From contig JAZSDA010000059.1 in assembly GCA_045530955.1 (NCBI GenBank), forward strand, positions 669-64,668: DNA of 64,000 nt, in the 5' to 3' direction. How positions within the stretch are numbered: the stretch's first letter is position 1; every line of letters begins with the position of its first letter. The translations under genes were made by a program, and so were the position numbers. The notes under the pieces are model-generated. The model made no database searches and was not told the origin of the DNA. It saw only the letters and a program-made list of their open reading frames with translations. This document shows positions 18,874 to 27,892 of the stretch, piece by piece. Source of the DNA: Candidatus Gastranaerophilaceae bacterium. GTDB taxonomy: Bacteria; Cyanobacteriota; Vampirovibrionia; Gastranaerophilales; Gastranaerophilaceae.

Positions 18874-19581
18874 TTAATCTTGATCTAAGAGTTCAGGGCT
18901 TGGAAGTCTTATTCCGTCTGAAACATAAAATTTAATATTGGTACTATTTCTCCATTTTGTTTCGCCAGCCAAGAAATCTATAAGTAGTTGAGCCGTTTTA
19001 TCATCAATTCTCTCATGAACTAAATGTCTAATCATTTTGCCGTTTTTGTCATAACGTGTCTTTATCATTTTTAAACTGCAAAATTCTTTATCTTTTCCTA
19101 TGTCGTGATAAACAAGACCAGTAATTATTGGAGGGTTATTTGTTGAGTATTTAACCACGTTGTCATCAACATAATATATAGCAGAAATTATTTTTTTTAA
19201 ATCTTCACTACCGGTGCCAAGTGGGGAAAATACGATATGGGCAGTTCTGCCTACCCCGTTGGTTCCTGTTTGAATATGGGCTATAGGTATTCTTTTGAAA
19301 TATTCAACACCTAAAGGAGCTTCTTTTTCTTGAGACTGCGTATATTCATATGCTTTTGGAGCAACGGAATTTGCTTGAGCTAGAACTTCTGTTAAATGTT
19401 CGCTATCAATTGGCATAAATTGTGCTGGTTGTTTGCCCTCTGCCATTGGTGCCATCGCAAGCATGACAATTACCGGAACGCTTGCTAACGGATTTGCTTT
19501 ATGTGAATTCTTATCTTTTTTACCTGTGAATGTGTATTGGTTAGCGTTTACGCTAACACTGTTAATAGGTAATACTGCCAT
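18874..19581 (-). CDS. hypothetical protein (N-terminal FTGKK motif followed by one hydrophobic segment)
   Basis: 235-aa ORF with SD AAGGGGTG upstream. N-terminus MAVLPINSVSVNANQYTFTGKK, then LASVPVIVMLAMAPMA. Confidence 0.6.
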   Translation of the reverse strand: MAVLPINSVSVNANQYTFTGKKDKNSHKANPLASVPVIVMLAMAPMAEGKQPAQFMPIDSEHLTEVLAQANSVAPKAYEYTQSQEKEAPLGVEYFKRIPIAHIQTGTNGVGRTAHIVFSPLGTGSEDLKKIISAIYYVDDNVVKYSTNNPPIITGLVYHDIGKDKEFCSLKMIKTRYDKNGKMIRHLVHERIDDKTAQLLIDFLAGETKWRNSTNIKFYVSDGIRLPSPELLDQD

Positions 19582-19765
19582 ACTAACACCCCTTTTTTGT
19601 ATTCAAATTTATTGGGTTAACCCCTTAACCCCAAGTCTTACTCTTTTCGCTACAATTATAGCAATTTTTTCTAATCTTGTAAAGATAGTTGAAAACTCTA
19701 CCTAAACCCCGATTTGTTCTTTTAAAATGCGTCAAGAAAATTTTTTGCTAGTTTGTGAACAAATT

Positions 19766-20911
19766 TTAAACTTCGTCAGTGTGTGAAGTTATTCCAAGTG
19801 TCTTGTTATTGTCAATCTCAATAACGTGTTTAATCAAAGTGTGTGCCATCAATAGCAAATATGGATTGATTTCTGTCGTTTGGGACATGTTTACATTGGC
19901 GGATTGTTTAGTTTCAGCCTGTTCTTTTTGTTTATTTCCACTAAAAGATACGACAGAATCCATTGAATAGAATTTTTGTTCCTTTGAAATCCTTGTTTTT
20001 AATTCGTTTTTAGGGAATTTTTCGCTAGACTCAATTGTTACTTGAACAGAATTTGAGGACTCAAGTACTAATGTTGCTTTTATTACTCCATAATTTATGG
20101 TCGAAATTGTGATTTGTAAAATGCTATCACTTTCTTCTTTGTTTTCGCTTTTTTGCTGAATTTCTAAGTCAAAACCAACCCCGTCTTCTAGCGGTAACCA
20201 AGGAAGATAAAGCATTAGAAGAAGTTTTAAAGTCTTTTGCGGATTGTTTTCTGATGCGATTGAAATGCTTGCATTAACCAGTTTTGCCATTTCTTTCATC
20301 TGAGAAAGGTCAGTTATTCCCGCTTTTGAGGCTTCTGTCATAGACATAATTAGTTTTGTTATGGCATCTTTTCCGTTAACTTGGAATAATTGAGATATCT
20401 GATTAAGGTTAATCATTCCGCCTGATAGGATTTCAAGATTTTTCAATGAGCCTTGAACTTGGCTTGCAAGTTGAATGTTAACCATTTCTTTTGCGGTTGA
20501 CGTTGACAACCCTTGTAATTGAGCTAGAATTTGTGCTTGAAGTTGGGATAATGAATTTCTTTGTGCCGCAAGTTGGTTGGCAAACATTTGATTGAACTGT
20601 GTTTGCGTCATTCCACGCTGAAGCATATAGATAAATTCGTTCACGTTTTTAGGAAATCCTAAAACTTCTTTTGCATAAACCGCCCTATCCATATTTTGTA
20701 ATGTGTTTAGTTGCAAATTTTGTGTTGTGGCAAGGTTTTGACTGACATTTTGTGCAATATTTGCACTTTGAACAGGCACTTCAGGGGCTTTTGCAACTTG
20801 TGGAGTATTAACAGCAGGCATATTTGGCGTTGCTTTTGTTTGTAACGCTTGTTGATTGTTGTAATTCTGAGTGAAATTGTTCAGAAATTTTCTTATGTTA
20901 ATGCCAGCCAT
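19766..20911 (-). CDS. hypothetical Q/N-rich protein; C-terminal part loosely resembles hook-length-control (FliK) C-domains
   Basis: 381 aa. Long Q/N/L-rich N-half; C-half LPLEDGVGFDLEIQQ..ILQITISTINYGVIKATLVLESSNSVQVTIESSE has an alternating beta pattern. The FliK assignment is speculative. Confidence 0.55.
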   Translation of the reverse strand: MAGINIRKFLNNFTQNYNNQQALQTKATPNMPAVNTPQVAKAPEVPVQSANIAQNVSQNLATTQNLQLNTLQNMDRAVYAKEVLGFPKNVNEFIYMLQRGMTQTQFNQMFANQLAAQRNSLSQLQAQILAQLQGLSTSTAKEMVNIQLASQVQGSLKNLEILSGGMINLNQISQLFQVNGKDAITKLIMSMTEASKAGITDLSQMKEMAKLVNASISIASENNPQKTLKLLLMLYLPWLPLEDGVGFDLEIQQKSENKEESDSILQITISTINYGVIKATLVLESSNSVQVTIESSEKFPKNELKTRISKEQKFYSMDSVVSFSGNKQKEQAETKQSANVNMSQTTEINPYLLLMAHTLIKHVIEIDNNKTLGITSHTDEV

Positions 20912-20943
20912 ACAACTAATTTAACTGATTTTTTATAAAAAGT

Positions 20944-21921
20944 CTAGTTTTCAATAGGCATATATGATTGAGGGTAACTATAATCTTCTAAGAAACCAAG
21001 ATTTTTGTATAATCTTAATGCTTGAAGATTATTAGTTTCAGTTGTAGTGTTGATTTCAACAATTGGTGTGTCGTATTTTTCAACGGCATTTATTACATAA
21101 TCCATTGAATGTTTTAGCATAATTGTTGATAACCCTTTGCCTTGGTGTTCTTCTTTGATACCAACAAGTGGAATGTTCACGATAGTTCCGCCTGTAAGGT
21201 TCATAAACGCAAACCCAACCGGTTTTCCTTTGTATAATAAAACACTGGTAGAATTTGGCATAAATTCTGCATAAACATCTTTTACAACTTTTGTGATGAT
21301 ATCTCTTGTTCCTTCTTCTGTTGTGAATCTTGGGTCAAATAATGCATCAGAGCTTTCTTTGAATGATTCATTGATAACTTCAACTGCATCTTCAAAATAT
21401 CTGTCGTGCCAAGATACTACTTCATAATCTTCAGGAAGCTGGACAACTCTTGCTCTGTTGAAGATTTCTTTTGAAGCGTTTGAGTCAAATCTATATCTTA
21501 AAACTTCAATACCGATGAATTTGAAACCAAGTTTTGCAATTACGCTGATAAGATTTTTTTGCTCACCTAACATTGGGTAGCAAACAATTTTTTCACGGCG
21601 TAGAGGTTTTGTAATATCCAAGAATTTTGTTAAAAGTTCTTTTGCTCTGGTGTTAAAATCATCTTTTGTTGCACTGTGAATAATGTTTAATTCAATAGCT
21701 TCAGAAATTGCTGTTGTATAAACTAAAAATGCAACAGGTTCATTTTCTTCGTATAACACAATACATTTGATTAAATCCTTATCAATTGCGTCTAAAAACC
21801 CATCATAATCTAATGGATCTAATTCAAAATTGTATTCAGTTGCTGCTTTGGAGCGAAAATCTTCGTAAAGGTTTTCAAAGTTTCCAAAATCTTCAGCTGT
21901 TAAAATTCTTGTGTTATACAT
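20944..21921 (-). CDS. GNAT-family N-acetyltransferase (tandem GNAT-like halves)
   Basis: 325 aa. Acetyl-CoA motif VGIKEEHQGKGLSTIMLKHS in the second half, and ALRLYKNLGF near the C-terminus. Confidence 0.72.
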   Translation of the reverse strand: MYNTRILTAEDFGNFENLYEDFRSKAATEYNFELDPLDYDGFLDAIDKDLIKCIVLYEENEPVAFLVYTTAISEAIELNIIHSATKDDFNTRAKELLTKFLDITKPLRREKIVCYPMLGEQKNLISVIAKLGFKFIGIEVLRYRFDSNASKEIFNRARVVQLPEDYEVVSWHDRYFEDAVEVINESFKESSDALFDPRFTTEEGTRDIITKVVKDVYAEFMPNSTSVLLYKGKPVGFAFMNLTGGTIVNIPLVGIKEEHQGKGLSTIMLKHSMDYVINAVEKYDTPIVEINTTTETNNLQALRLYKNLGFLEDYSYPQSYMPIEN

Positions 21922-21932
21922 TCTTCAATTCC

Positions 21933-23144
21933 TTATAAGTAATGGTGCATTTTTTCTTTTTTAGTATCAATATACCTTTGGTTGTAAGGTGTAATTTCTG
22001 ATGATACTTTAATAATATCACTTACTGTTAATCCGTAACCCTCTAAACCTACGATTTTTTTAGGATTATTGGTTATTAAGTTGAAAGTTGTATAACCTAA
22101 ATCTACCAAAATTTGAGCACCTGTGCCGTAATCTCTCAAATCAGATTTAAATCCAAGTGAGATATTTGCCTCAATTGTGTCTTGACCTTGTTCTTGAAGT
22201 TTGTATGCTTTAATTTTGTTGCAAAGTCCAATGCCACGACCTTCGTGGTCTGTTAAATACACAATGGCACCTTTACCGTATTCGTTGATATATTGCATTG
22301 CGTTGTTTAATTGTGAATTGCAATCACATTTCAAACTGTGGAAAACATCCCCTGTTAAGCACATACTGTGAACTCTTACCGCAGGAATTTTATCTGAACC
22401 ATCGTCTTTTACTAAAGCTACGTGTTCTGTTCCGTTGATTTGGTTTCTGTATGCGTAAAGTTGGAATTCGCCATATGGAGTTGGAAGAGTTGTTTCAGCT
22501 TCACGGGTAACAAGTTTTTCTGAACGAAGTCTGTATGCAATAAGTTCTGATACTGTGATAAATTTCATTCCGTGTTTGTCTGCAAATTGTCTTAAGTAAT
22601 CACGTCTTGCCATATGTCCATCTGGAGCCATAACTTCGCACATTACACCAGCTGGTCTGTGTCCGCAAAGTTTAGCTAAATCAACAACAGCTTCAGTATG
22701 ACCGGTTCTTTCTAAAACTCCACCACGTCTAGCTACACAAGGGAATAAGTGTCCTGGGCGTCTTAAATCAGATGGTTGTGCATCTCTTGCAATTGCAACT
22801 TCGACTGTTTTAGCTCTGTCGTAGGCGGAAATTCCTGTTGTAACTCCATATTTTTCAGCACCGTCAATACTGATTGTGAATGCGGTTTTCATACCTTCAG
22901 AGTTTTGTTCAACCATTTGAGGTAAATCTAATTGTTTTGCAATATCTTCTGAAATTGCCAAACAGATCAAGCCTTTTACTTCTGATGCTAAAAAGTTAAT
23001 AATTTCTGGAGTAACTTTTTCTGCTGAAACAATTACATCCCCTTCATTTTCTCTATCTTCATCATCAGCTACAATGATTGGTTTTCCTGCTTTATAATCT
23101 TCAAGTGCTTCTTCAATGCTGTCAAATCTGAATTTTTCTTCCAT
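21933..23144 (-). CDS. ribBA: bifunctional 3,4-dihydroxy-2-butanone-4-phosphate synthase / GTP cyclohydrolase II
   Basis: DHBP synthase motifs (DDEDRENEGD, GHTEA) followed by the GCH-II Cys cluster (HSMCLTGDVFHSLKCDC) and EGRGIGL. Confidence 0.94.
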   Translation of the reverse strand: MEEKFRFDSIEEALEDYKAGKPIIVADDEDRENEGDVIVSAEKVTPEIINFLASEVKGLICLAISEDIAKQLDLPQMVEQNSEGMKTAFTISIDGAEKYGVTTGISAYDRAKTVEVAIARDAQPSDLRRPGHLFPCVARRGGVLERTGHTEAVVDLAKLCGHRPAGVMCEVMAPDGHMARRDYLRQFADKHGMKFITVSELIAYRLRSEKLVTREAETTLPTPYGEFQLYAYRNQINGTEHVALVKDDGSDKIPAVRVHSMCLTGDVFHSLKCDCNSQLNNAMQYINEYGKGAIVYLTDHEGRGIGLCNKIKAYKLQEQGQDTIEANISLGFKSDLRDYGTGAQILVDLGYTTFNLITNNPKKIVGLEGYGLTVSDIIKVSSEITPYNQRYIDTKKEKMHHYL

Positions 23145-23785
23145 TATACAAATCCATTCTCTTGTAAAAAAGTCATATTAATCTTACTGTCATTATCTTT
23201 TGAGGATAACATTTTTTCAACGTATTTGCCCAAAATATCAGTTTCTATATTTACATTATCACCAATATTTAAGGCTTTTAAGTTTGTGTTTTCAAATGTG
23301 TGCGGAATTATTGCAACTTTAAATCTGTTGTGATTTATTTCGGCAACAGTTAAGCTAATTCCGTTTATTGTGATTGAACCTTTATGAACAACGTATTTTG
23401 TTTGATTTTGAGGGATTTCAAATTCTAAATTGTAAAAATCTGTTAGTTTTTCAATTTTTGTAAATTTGCCTCTGCAATCAACGTGTCCAGATACAATGTG
23501 TCCGCCAAGTCGTGAATTAAGGGTTAACGCTCTTTCAAGGTTTACGATATCACCTGATTTAAGGTTTTCAAATGTTGTAACTTTTAGAGTTTCATCACTT
23601 ACTCTTGCTTTGAATGAGTTTGATGTAAGTTCAATTACAGTTTGGCAAACACCGTTTATGGCAATACTATCACCTAGTTTTGTATCTTCAAGCACAAGAG
23701 AACAGTCAACTTCAACAGTTGCACCATTTGAATCTTTTTTGAAAGATTTTATTTTCCCTATTTCTTCAATAATCCCTGTGAACAT
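23144..23785 (-). CDS. ribE: riboflavin synthase alpha chain
   Basis: MFTGIIEEIGKI start and duplicated lumazine-binding halves (GDSIAINGVCQTV / GSITINGISLTV). The stop overlaps the ribBA start. Confidence 0.93.
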   Translation of the reverse strand: MFTGIIEEIGKIKSFKKDSNGATVEVDCSLVLEDTKLGDSIAINGVCQTVIELTSNSFKARVSDETLKVTTFENLKSGDIVNLERALTLNSRLGGHIVSGHVDCRGKFTKIEKLTDFYNLEFEIPQNQTKYVVHKGSITINGISLTVAEINHNRFKVAIIPHTFENTNLKALNIGDNVNIETDILGKYVEKMLSSKDNDSKINMTFLQENGFV

Positions 23786-23843
23786 AATTTTAGTCTAGCA
23801 CATAACTTTTTTCTTTTAAATAAAGATGAAAAAAGCGTTACAA

Positions 23844-24662
23844 TTATTGAACATAAGCTGGGTCTTGCAGTTTAATTTCAAAATTACTACCGGCAGGGAT
23901 AGAAATATTTGCACCTTTTGCACCTATTGCTGTTATTGGGGATAATATTGTGCATACAGAGTAACCAGCCATTCCGACAGTTGTTGGAATAGGGGATAGC
24001 AAAGCTAAAATAGGGTTGTTTGACATTTTGTTAGAAATGTTGCGTGATTTTTTGTAGAAATCTTCCCCTTTATCGATATGTTTTGCTACATTTTTCCAAT
24101 ATTGGCGTTTACCTTTTATATTACTGAAAAATATTTTTTTAGAATTTGCTTTTGTTATCTTTCCATCAATTTGATAAGTTTTTCCGTTATACGTAATTCT
24201 TGTAATATCAACTTCGACAAGTCCACCGTTTCCTGTGATTTGTGGTCGATGAGAATCAGTTATGACACCATAAATTTTTGTACCCGCAGGTATTGTGATG
24301 TGTTTTTTGAATACAGCCTCAGTTGTGGTGAACGATACGTTAGCACCTTCTTGTGACCAGTCTGAAATAGTTTGATTAGAACGTGCTTTAAACTTTGTTC
24401 TTGATGGTATTTTTACCCCTGTGTTTTTATCGATTTTTGTAATGTTCGGAACTGTTGTAGTGTATGTTGGGGTTGATTTTGGGGGAGATGACGGTGTTGC
24501 TGATTTAGGTAAATTGGGCAACACTTCATATTCCAGTTTTGAGGAATTGTATTTCTTTTTTATTTCTTCATCAACTGATAAGTCTAATTCCAGAGCATTT
24601 ACAGGGAGTGTAAAGCCTAAAAATAAACAAAAGTATAAAAATATTATCTTATTTAGCTTCAT
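23844..24662 (-). CDS. secreted hypothetical protein with beta-module plus Gly/Ala-rich hydrophobic tail
   Basis: Signal peptide MKLNKIIFLYFCLFLGFTLPVNALE. Module IPAGTKIYGVITDSHRPQITGNGGLVEVDITRITYNGKTYQIDGKI, then LLSPIPTTVGMAGYSV..AIGAKGANISIPAGSNFEIKL. Same layout as 39433-40593 and the C-terminal part of 57230-59242. Confidence 0.6.
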   Translation of the reverse strand: MKLNKIIFLYFCLFLGFTLPVNALELDLSVDEEIKKKYNSSKLEYEVLPNLPKSATPSSPPKSTPTYTTTVPNITKIDKNTGVKIPSRTKFKARSNQTISDWSQEGANVSFTTTEAVFKKHITIPAGTKIYGVITDSHRPQITGNGGLVEVDITRITYNGKTYQIDGKITKANSKKIFFSNIKGKRQYWKNVAKHIDKGEDFYKKSRNISNKMSNNPILALLSPIPTTVGMAGYSVCTILSPITAIGAKGANISIPAGSNFEIKLQDPAYVQ

Positions 24663-25074
24663 TTTTAGTTTTGTTTTTAGTTTTGATTAATTTACCGTTT
24701 TTGAATATTAAAATAGCTGCAATAGCAATACTTATAACAATTGTTAGGTATTTAACTACTGGGATGAAATTTATTGCGATGTTGGCAATTAAAATTATAG
24801 AAGTATAAAATATTGCATTAGTTCTATCGCCAAGAATGTCCCAAACTCTTTTTACACAATTTATCCAAGTTAATACCAATGTAGCAAGTAGCAATATACC
24901 CCAAAGAGCAATAAAAAGAGGAAGACTGTATCTGTTTAATTCGATTAGCAAATGTAGTATTCCGATAACAAAAGATGCGATTAGAAAATACCCAAACAGT
25001 GCTAATGCTGTAATGATGTATTTTTTACGACCGATTGGTCCGTCAAGTTTGAAAAATAAAGATCCTTCTTTCAT
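24649..25074 (-). CDS. DUF805-like inner-membrane protein
   Basis: 141 aa. N-terminal GPIGRKKYIITAL (the GRIxRxxYW-like DUF805 opening) followed by 3-4 TM helices. Confidence 0.55.
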   Translation of the reverse strand: MKEGSLFFKLDGPIGRKKYIITALALFGYFLIASFVIGILHLLIELNRYSLPLFIALWGILLLATLVLTWINCVKRVWDILGDRTNAIFYTSIILIANIAINFIPVVKYLTIVISIAIAAILIFKNGKLIKTKNKTKNEAK

Positions 25075-25136
25075 TTTACCCCCATATTAAATAAGTCCGG
25101 AGAAGTCCTAAGGGATTTCCCCGAACCTAAAAATGT

Positions 25137-26507
25137 TTATTTTAATAATTCGTTTATTGCTTTAGCTGCTTTTTTGCCTGCACCCATAGCGTTAATAGCG
25201 TTAGATGCACCAACAGGAGCAACGTCCCCGCCAGCATATACAGTTGGCAAGTTTGTAGAACGGTTTTCTGCATCAACTTCGATATAGCCTTTAGCGTCAG
25301 TAATAATTTCTAACCCTTCAGCTTGTGCTGATGTTTGGATAATTGGGTTAGGACCAGTACCTAAAGCTACAATTACTGTATCAACATCTTCAACTACAAA
25401 TTCGCCAGTGCCAACAGGTTTTCTTCTGCCTGAAGCATCAGGTTCACCAAGTTCCATAATTTCAAATTTCATACCTGCAACGTATCCTTCATTTTCAAGG
25501 ATTTCAACAGGTGCGTGTAAGAACTTGAATTGAACACCTTCTTCTTTTGCGTGTCTGATTTCTTCTAAACGTGCAGGAAGTTCTTTTTCTGTACGTCTGT
25601 ATAGAATTGAAACTTCTTCAAATCCAACACGAACAGCAGTTCTAGCAGCGTCCATTGCAACGTTACCACCACCGATAACTGCAACTTTTTTACCTATTTT
25701 TAGCGGAGTTACGCAGTCGCCTCTGCCAGCACCCATAAGGTTTACACGTGTTAGGAATTCGTTAGCTGAGAATACACCGTTTAAGTTTTCACCAGGAATT
25801 CTCATCATTTTTGGCAAACCTGCACCTGAACAGATGAAAATAGCGTCAAACCCGTCATCTTTTAGTTGTTTTAATGTGATTGATTTACCAACGATAACGT
25901 TTGTATGGAATTGTACTCCCATAGCTTTTAAGTTTGTAATTTCTCTATCTAAAATTGTTCTTGGAAGTCTGAATGGAGGGATACCATAACGAAGTACACC
26001 GCCAAGTTTGTGTAGAGCTTCAAAAACTACAACTTCGTGACCTGCTTTTCTTAAGTCAGCTGCTGCTGTGATACCCGCACAACCTGAACCTACTACTGCA
26101 ACTTTTTTACCTGATGGTTTGATTTCAGGCATGTCAGCTGCTGTGTTATCCCCTACGTATCTTTCTAATGCACCAATTGCAACAGGTTCACCTTTAATGC
26201 CTAAGATACAGTTGCCTTCGCACTGTCTTTCTTGAGGGCAAACTCTACCGCAAACTGATGGTAACATACTTGTTTCACGGATAACTCTGCCAGCTTCTTC
26301 TAAGTTATCTTCTTTTAATGCTTTTATAAAATCAGGAATTTGAATATTTACAGGGCAACCTTGTACGCAACGTGGGTTTTTACAATTCAAACATCTTGAT
26401 GCTTCAAGTTTTACTTGTTCTGGGGTTAAATTACTTTCAACCGGGTCAAAATTAGAACGTCTTTCAATTTTATCTTGTTCTTTTACTCTTTGTCTTTCTA
26501 CAGCCAT
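25137..26507 (-). CDS. NADPH-dependent glutamate synthase small-subunit-like oxidoreductase (GltD/NfnB/SudA family)
   Basis: N-terminal Fe-S Cys motifs (CLNCKNPRCVQGCPV, CGRVCPQERQCEGNC), two dinucleotide folds (VAVVGSGCAGITAA, VAVIGGGNVAMDAA), C-terminal VYAGGD. No large-subunit or NfnA partner in the window. Confidence 0.85.
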   Translation of the reverse strand: MAVERQRVKEQDKIERRSNFDPVESNLTPEQVKLEASRCLNCKNPRCVQGCPVNIQIPDFIKALKEDNLEEAGRVIRETSMLPSVCGRVCPQERQCEGNCILGIKGEPVAIGALERYVGDNTAADMPEIKPSGKKVAVVGSGCAGITAAADLRKAGHEVVVFEALHKLGGVLRYGIPPFRLPRTILDREITNLKAMGVQFHTNVIVGKSITLKQLKDDGFDAIFICSGAGLPKMMRIPGENLNGVFSANEFLTRVNLMGAGRGDCVTPLKIGKKVAVIGGGNVAMDAARTAVRVGFEEVSILYRRTEKELPARLEEIRHAKEEGVQFKFLHAPVEILENEGYVAGMKFEIMELGEPDASGRRKPVGTGEFVVEDVDTVIVALGTGPNPIIQTSAQAEGLEIITDAKGYIEVDAENRSTNLPTVYAGGDVAPVGASNAINAMGAGKKAAKAINELLK

Positions 26508-26647
26508 AGCCTCATCCCTTCATAAAAATATAAATCAATTACTGATATTTTAATTAAAAAATATTTATTGTGCAAGAGTTTTGTTTTGCTGGATATCTGT
26601 TCTTTACGAAATTCAGGATGTATGCTATTATTATTGTGTAAGGTAAG

Positions 26648-27883
26648 TTGAAAAGTTTTTTGGGGATTATGGTATTAGAAGTTGTCATACTATTATTGTC
26701 TATTTTAATAACAGGGCTTGTGGTTTGGTTAGTTGCAACAAAGTTCTATGATAATAAAATGATGTTGATTCGTGAAGAAAATCTTCAGTTGAAAGCTCAA
26801 GTCGGTTTGAATGAAAATATCCTTAATGAGGTGAAAGTTGCATTTTCTCAAATTGCTCAAGAATCTCTAAAAACACAGCAAGAAGCACTTTTATCTGAAC
26901 ACGCAAATGATTTGAAAACTAAAATGGATTTGTTTAAGGCTGAAGAATTAACCCCTGTAAATCGTTTGCTTAAGGAATTTAAGGAAAGTATTGATAATTA
27001 TCAAACTTCTCATAAGAATGAAACTTTAGAGATTAAAAATGCAATAGCGACTGCTGAAAAGTATGCCAGAGCACTTACTATGAACCAAAATTCTAAAGGT
27101 GAGTTTGGGGAAGAATGGTTAGAGCAAATTTTCAGGTTTGCAAATTTGGAAGAAAATGTTCATTACTCAAAACAGTATGTTGCATCAGGGGTTAAGCCAG
27201 ATTTTGTGGTAAATCTTCCGAATAATAAAAAGATTATTATAGATTCAAAGGTGATTTTAAAAAATTACATCGAATATCAGCAATCTGAGAACGATGAGGC
27301 TTTGAAAAAGTTGTTCTTGGATGATTTGACAAATTGTATCGTTAGTCTAGCAAAGAAAAATTATGAAAGTATTGTAGATGTTGACCAGCCTGGTTTTATT
27401 TTGATGTATATTCCAGTTGAGGCGTGTGTGAATTTGATTTATACCGATTATGATTTTAGAAAAGTTATAGAGTTGGCAAATTCACGAAACATAATTATCA
27501 TCGGTACTGCTTCAATGCTTGTTACTTTGCGATTAGTTAATCAGTTATGGGCTTCTCAGGTTCAGTATGATAATGTGAAAAATATTATTCAGGTTGGTGA
27601 AAATCTATACAACAATATAGCGTTGCACGCTAAAAGTTTGATGAGTATTCAAGAATCAATAGACAAAGCTGCAAGTGCTGTTGCAACTGAGGTTAATAGA
27701 TTTACTAAAAAGAATAATGGCAGTGTCTTTAAAGAGGCTGAAAAATTGAAACAGTTTGGAATTTCATCAAAAGAGATGAAATTAGGTAAAAAGATTTTAG
27801 AAAATGATATTCCTCAAGTGTTTTTAGATACAAAAGAGGAAGAAAATATGAGTGTAGGAAACGTAGAAGAGATAGAAATATAG
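26648..27883 (+). CDS. rmuC: DNA recombination protein RmuC
   Basis: N-terminal TM and coiled coil, then the RmuC nuclease-like core (GEFGEEWLEQIF, KPDFVVNLPNNKKIIIDSKV, MYIPVEA). Start is TTG 26648 or ATG 26669. Confidence 0.85.
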   Translation: MKSFLGIMVLEVVILLLSILITGLVVWLVATKFYDNKMMLIREENLQLKAQVGLNENILNEVKVAFSQIAQESLKTQQEALLSEHANDLKTKMDLFKAEELTPVNRLLKEFKESIDNYQTSHKNETLEIKNAIATAEKYARALTMNQNSKGEFGEEWLEQIFRFANLEENVHYSKQYVASGVKPDFVVNLPNNKKIIIDSKVILKNYIEYQQSENDEALKKLFLDDLTNCIVSLAKKNYESIVDVDQPGFILMYIPVEACVNLIYTDYDFRKVIELANSRNIIIIGTASMLVTLRLVNQLWASQVQYDNVKNIIQVGENLYNNIALHAKSLMSIQESIDKAASAVATEVNRFTKKNNGSVFKEAEKLKQFGISSKEMKLGKKILENDIPQVFLDTKEEENMSVGNVEEIEI

Positions 27884-27892
27884 AGGTGTTAA

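Noticed and set aside
19614-19631. GGGTTAA-CCCC-TTAACCC hairpin between the two orphan genes as a terminator
   Set aside because: No T-run follows on the coding (minus) strand and the stem is short. It was left uncalled.
23786-23843. Possible FMN riboswitch upstream of ribE-ribBA
   Set aside because: The spacer is only 58 nt and lacks the conserved FMN-element helices, so it is too short for an RFN element. ribD and ribH are also absent from the window.
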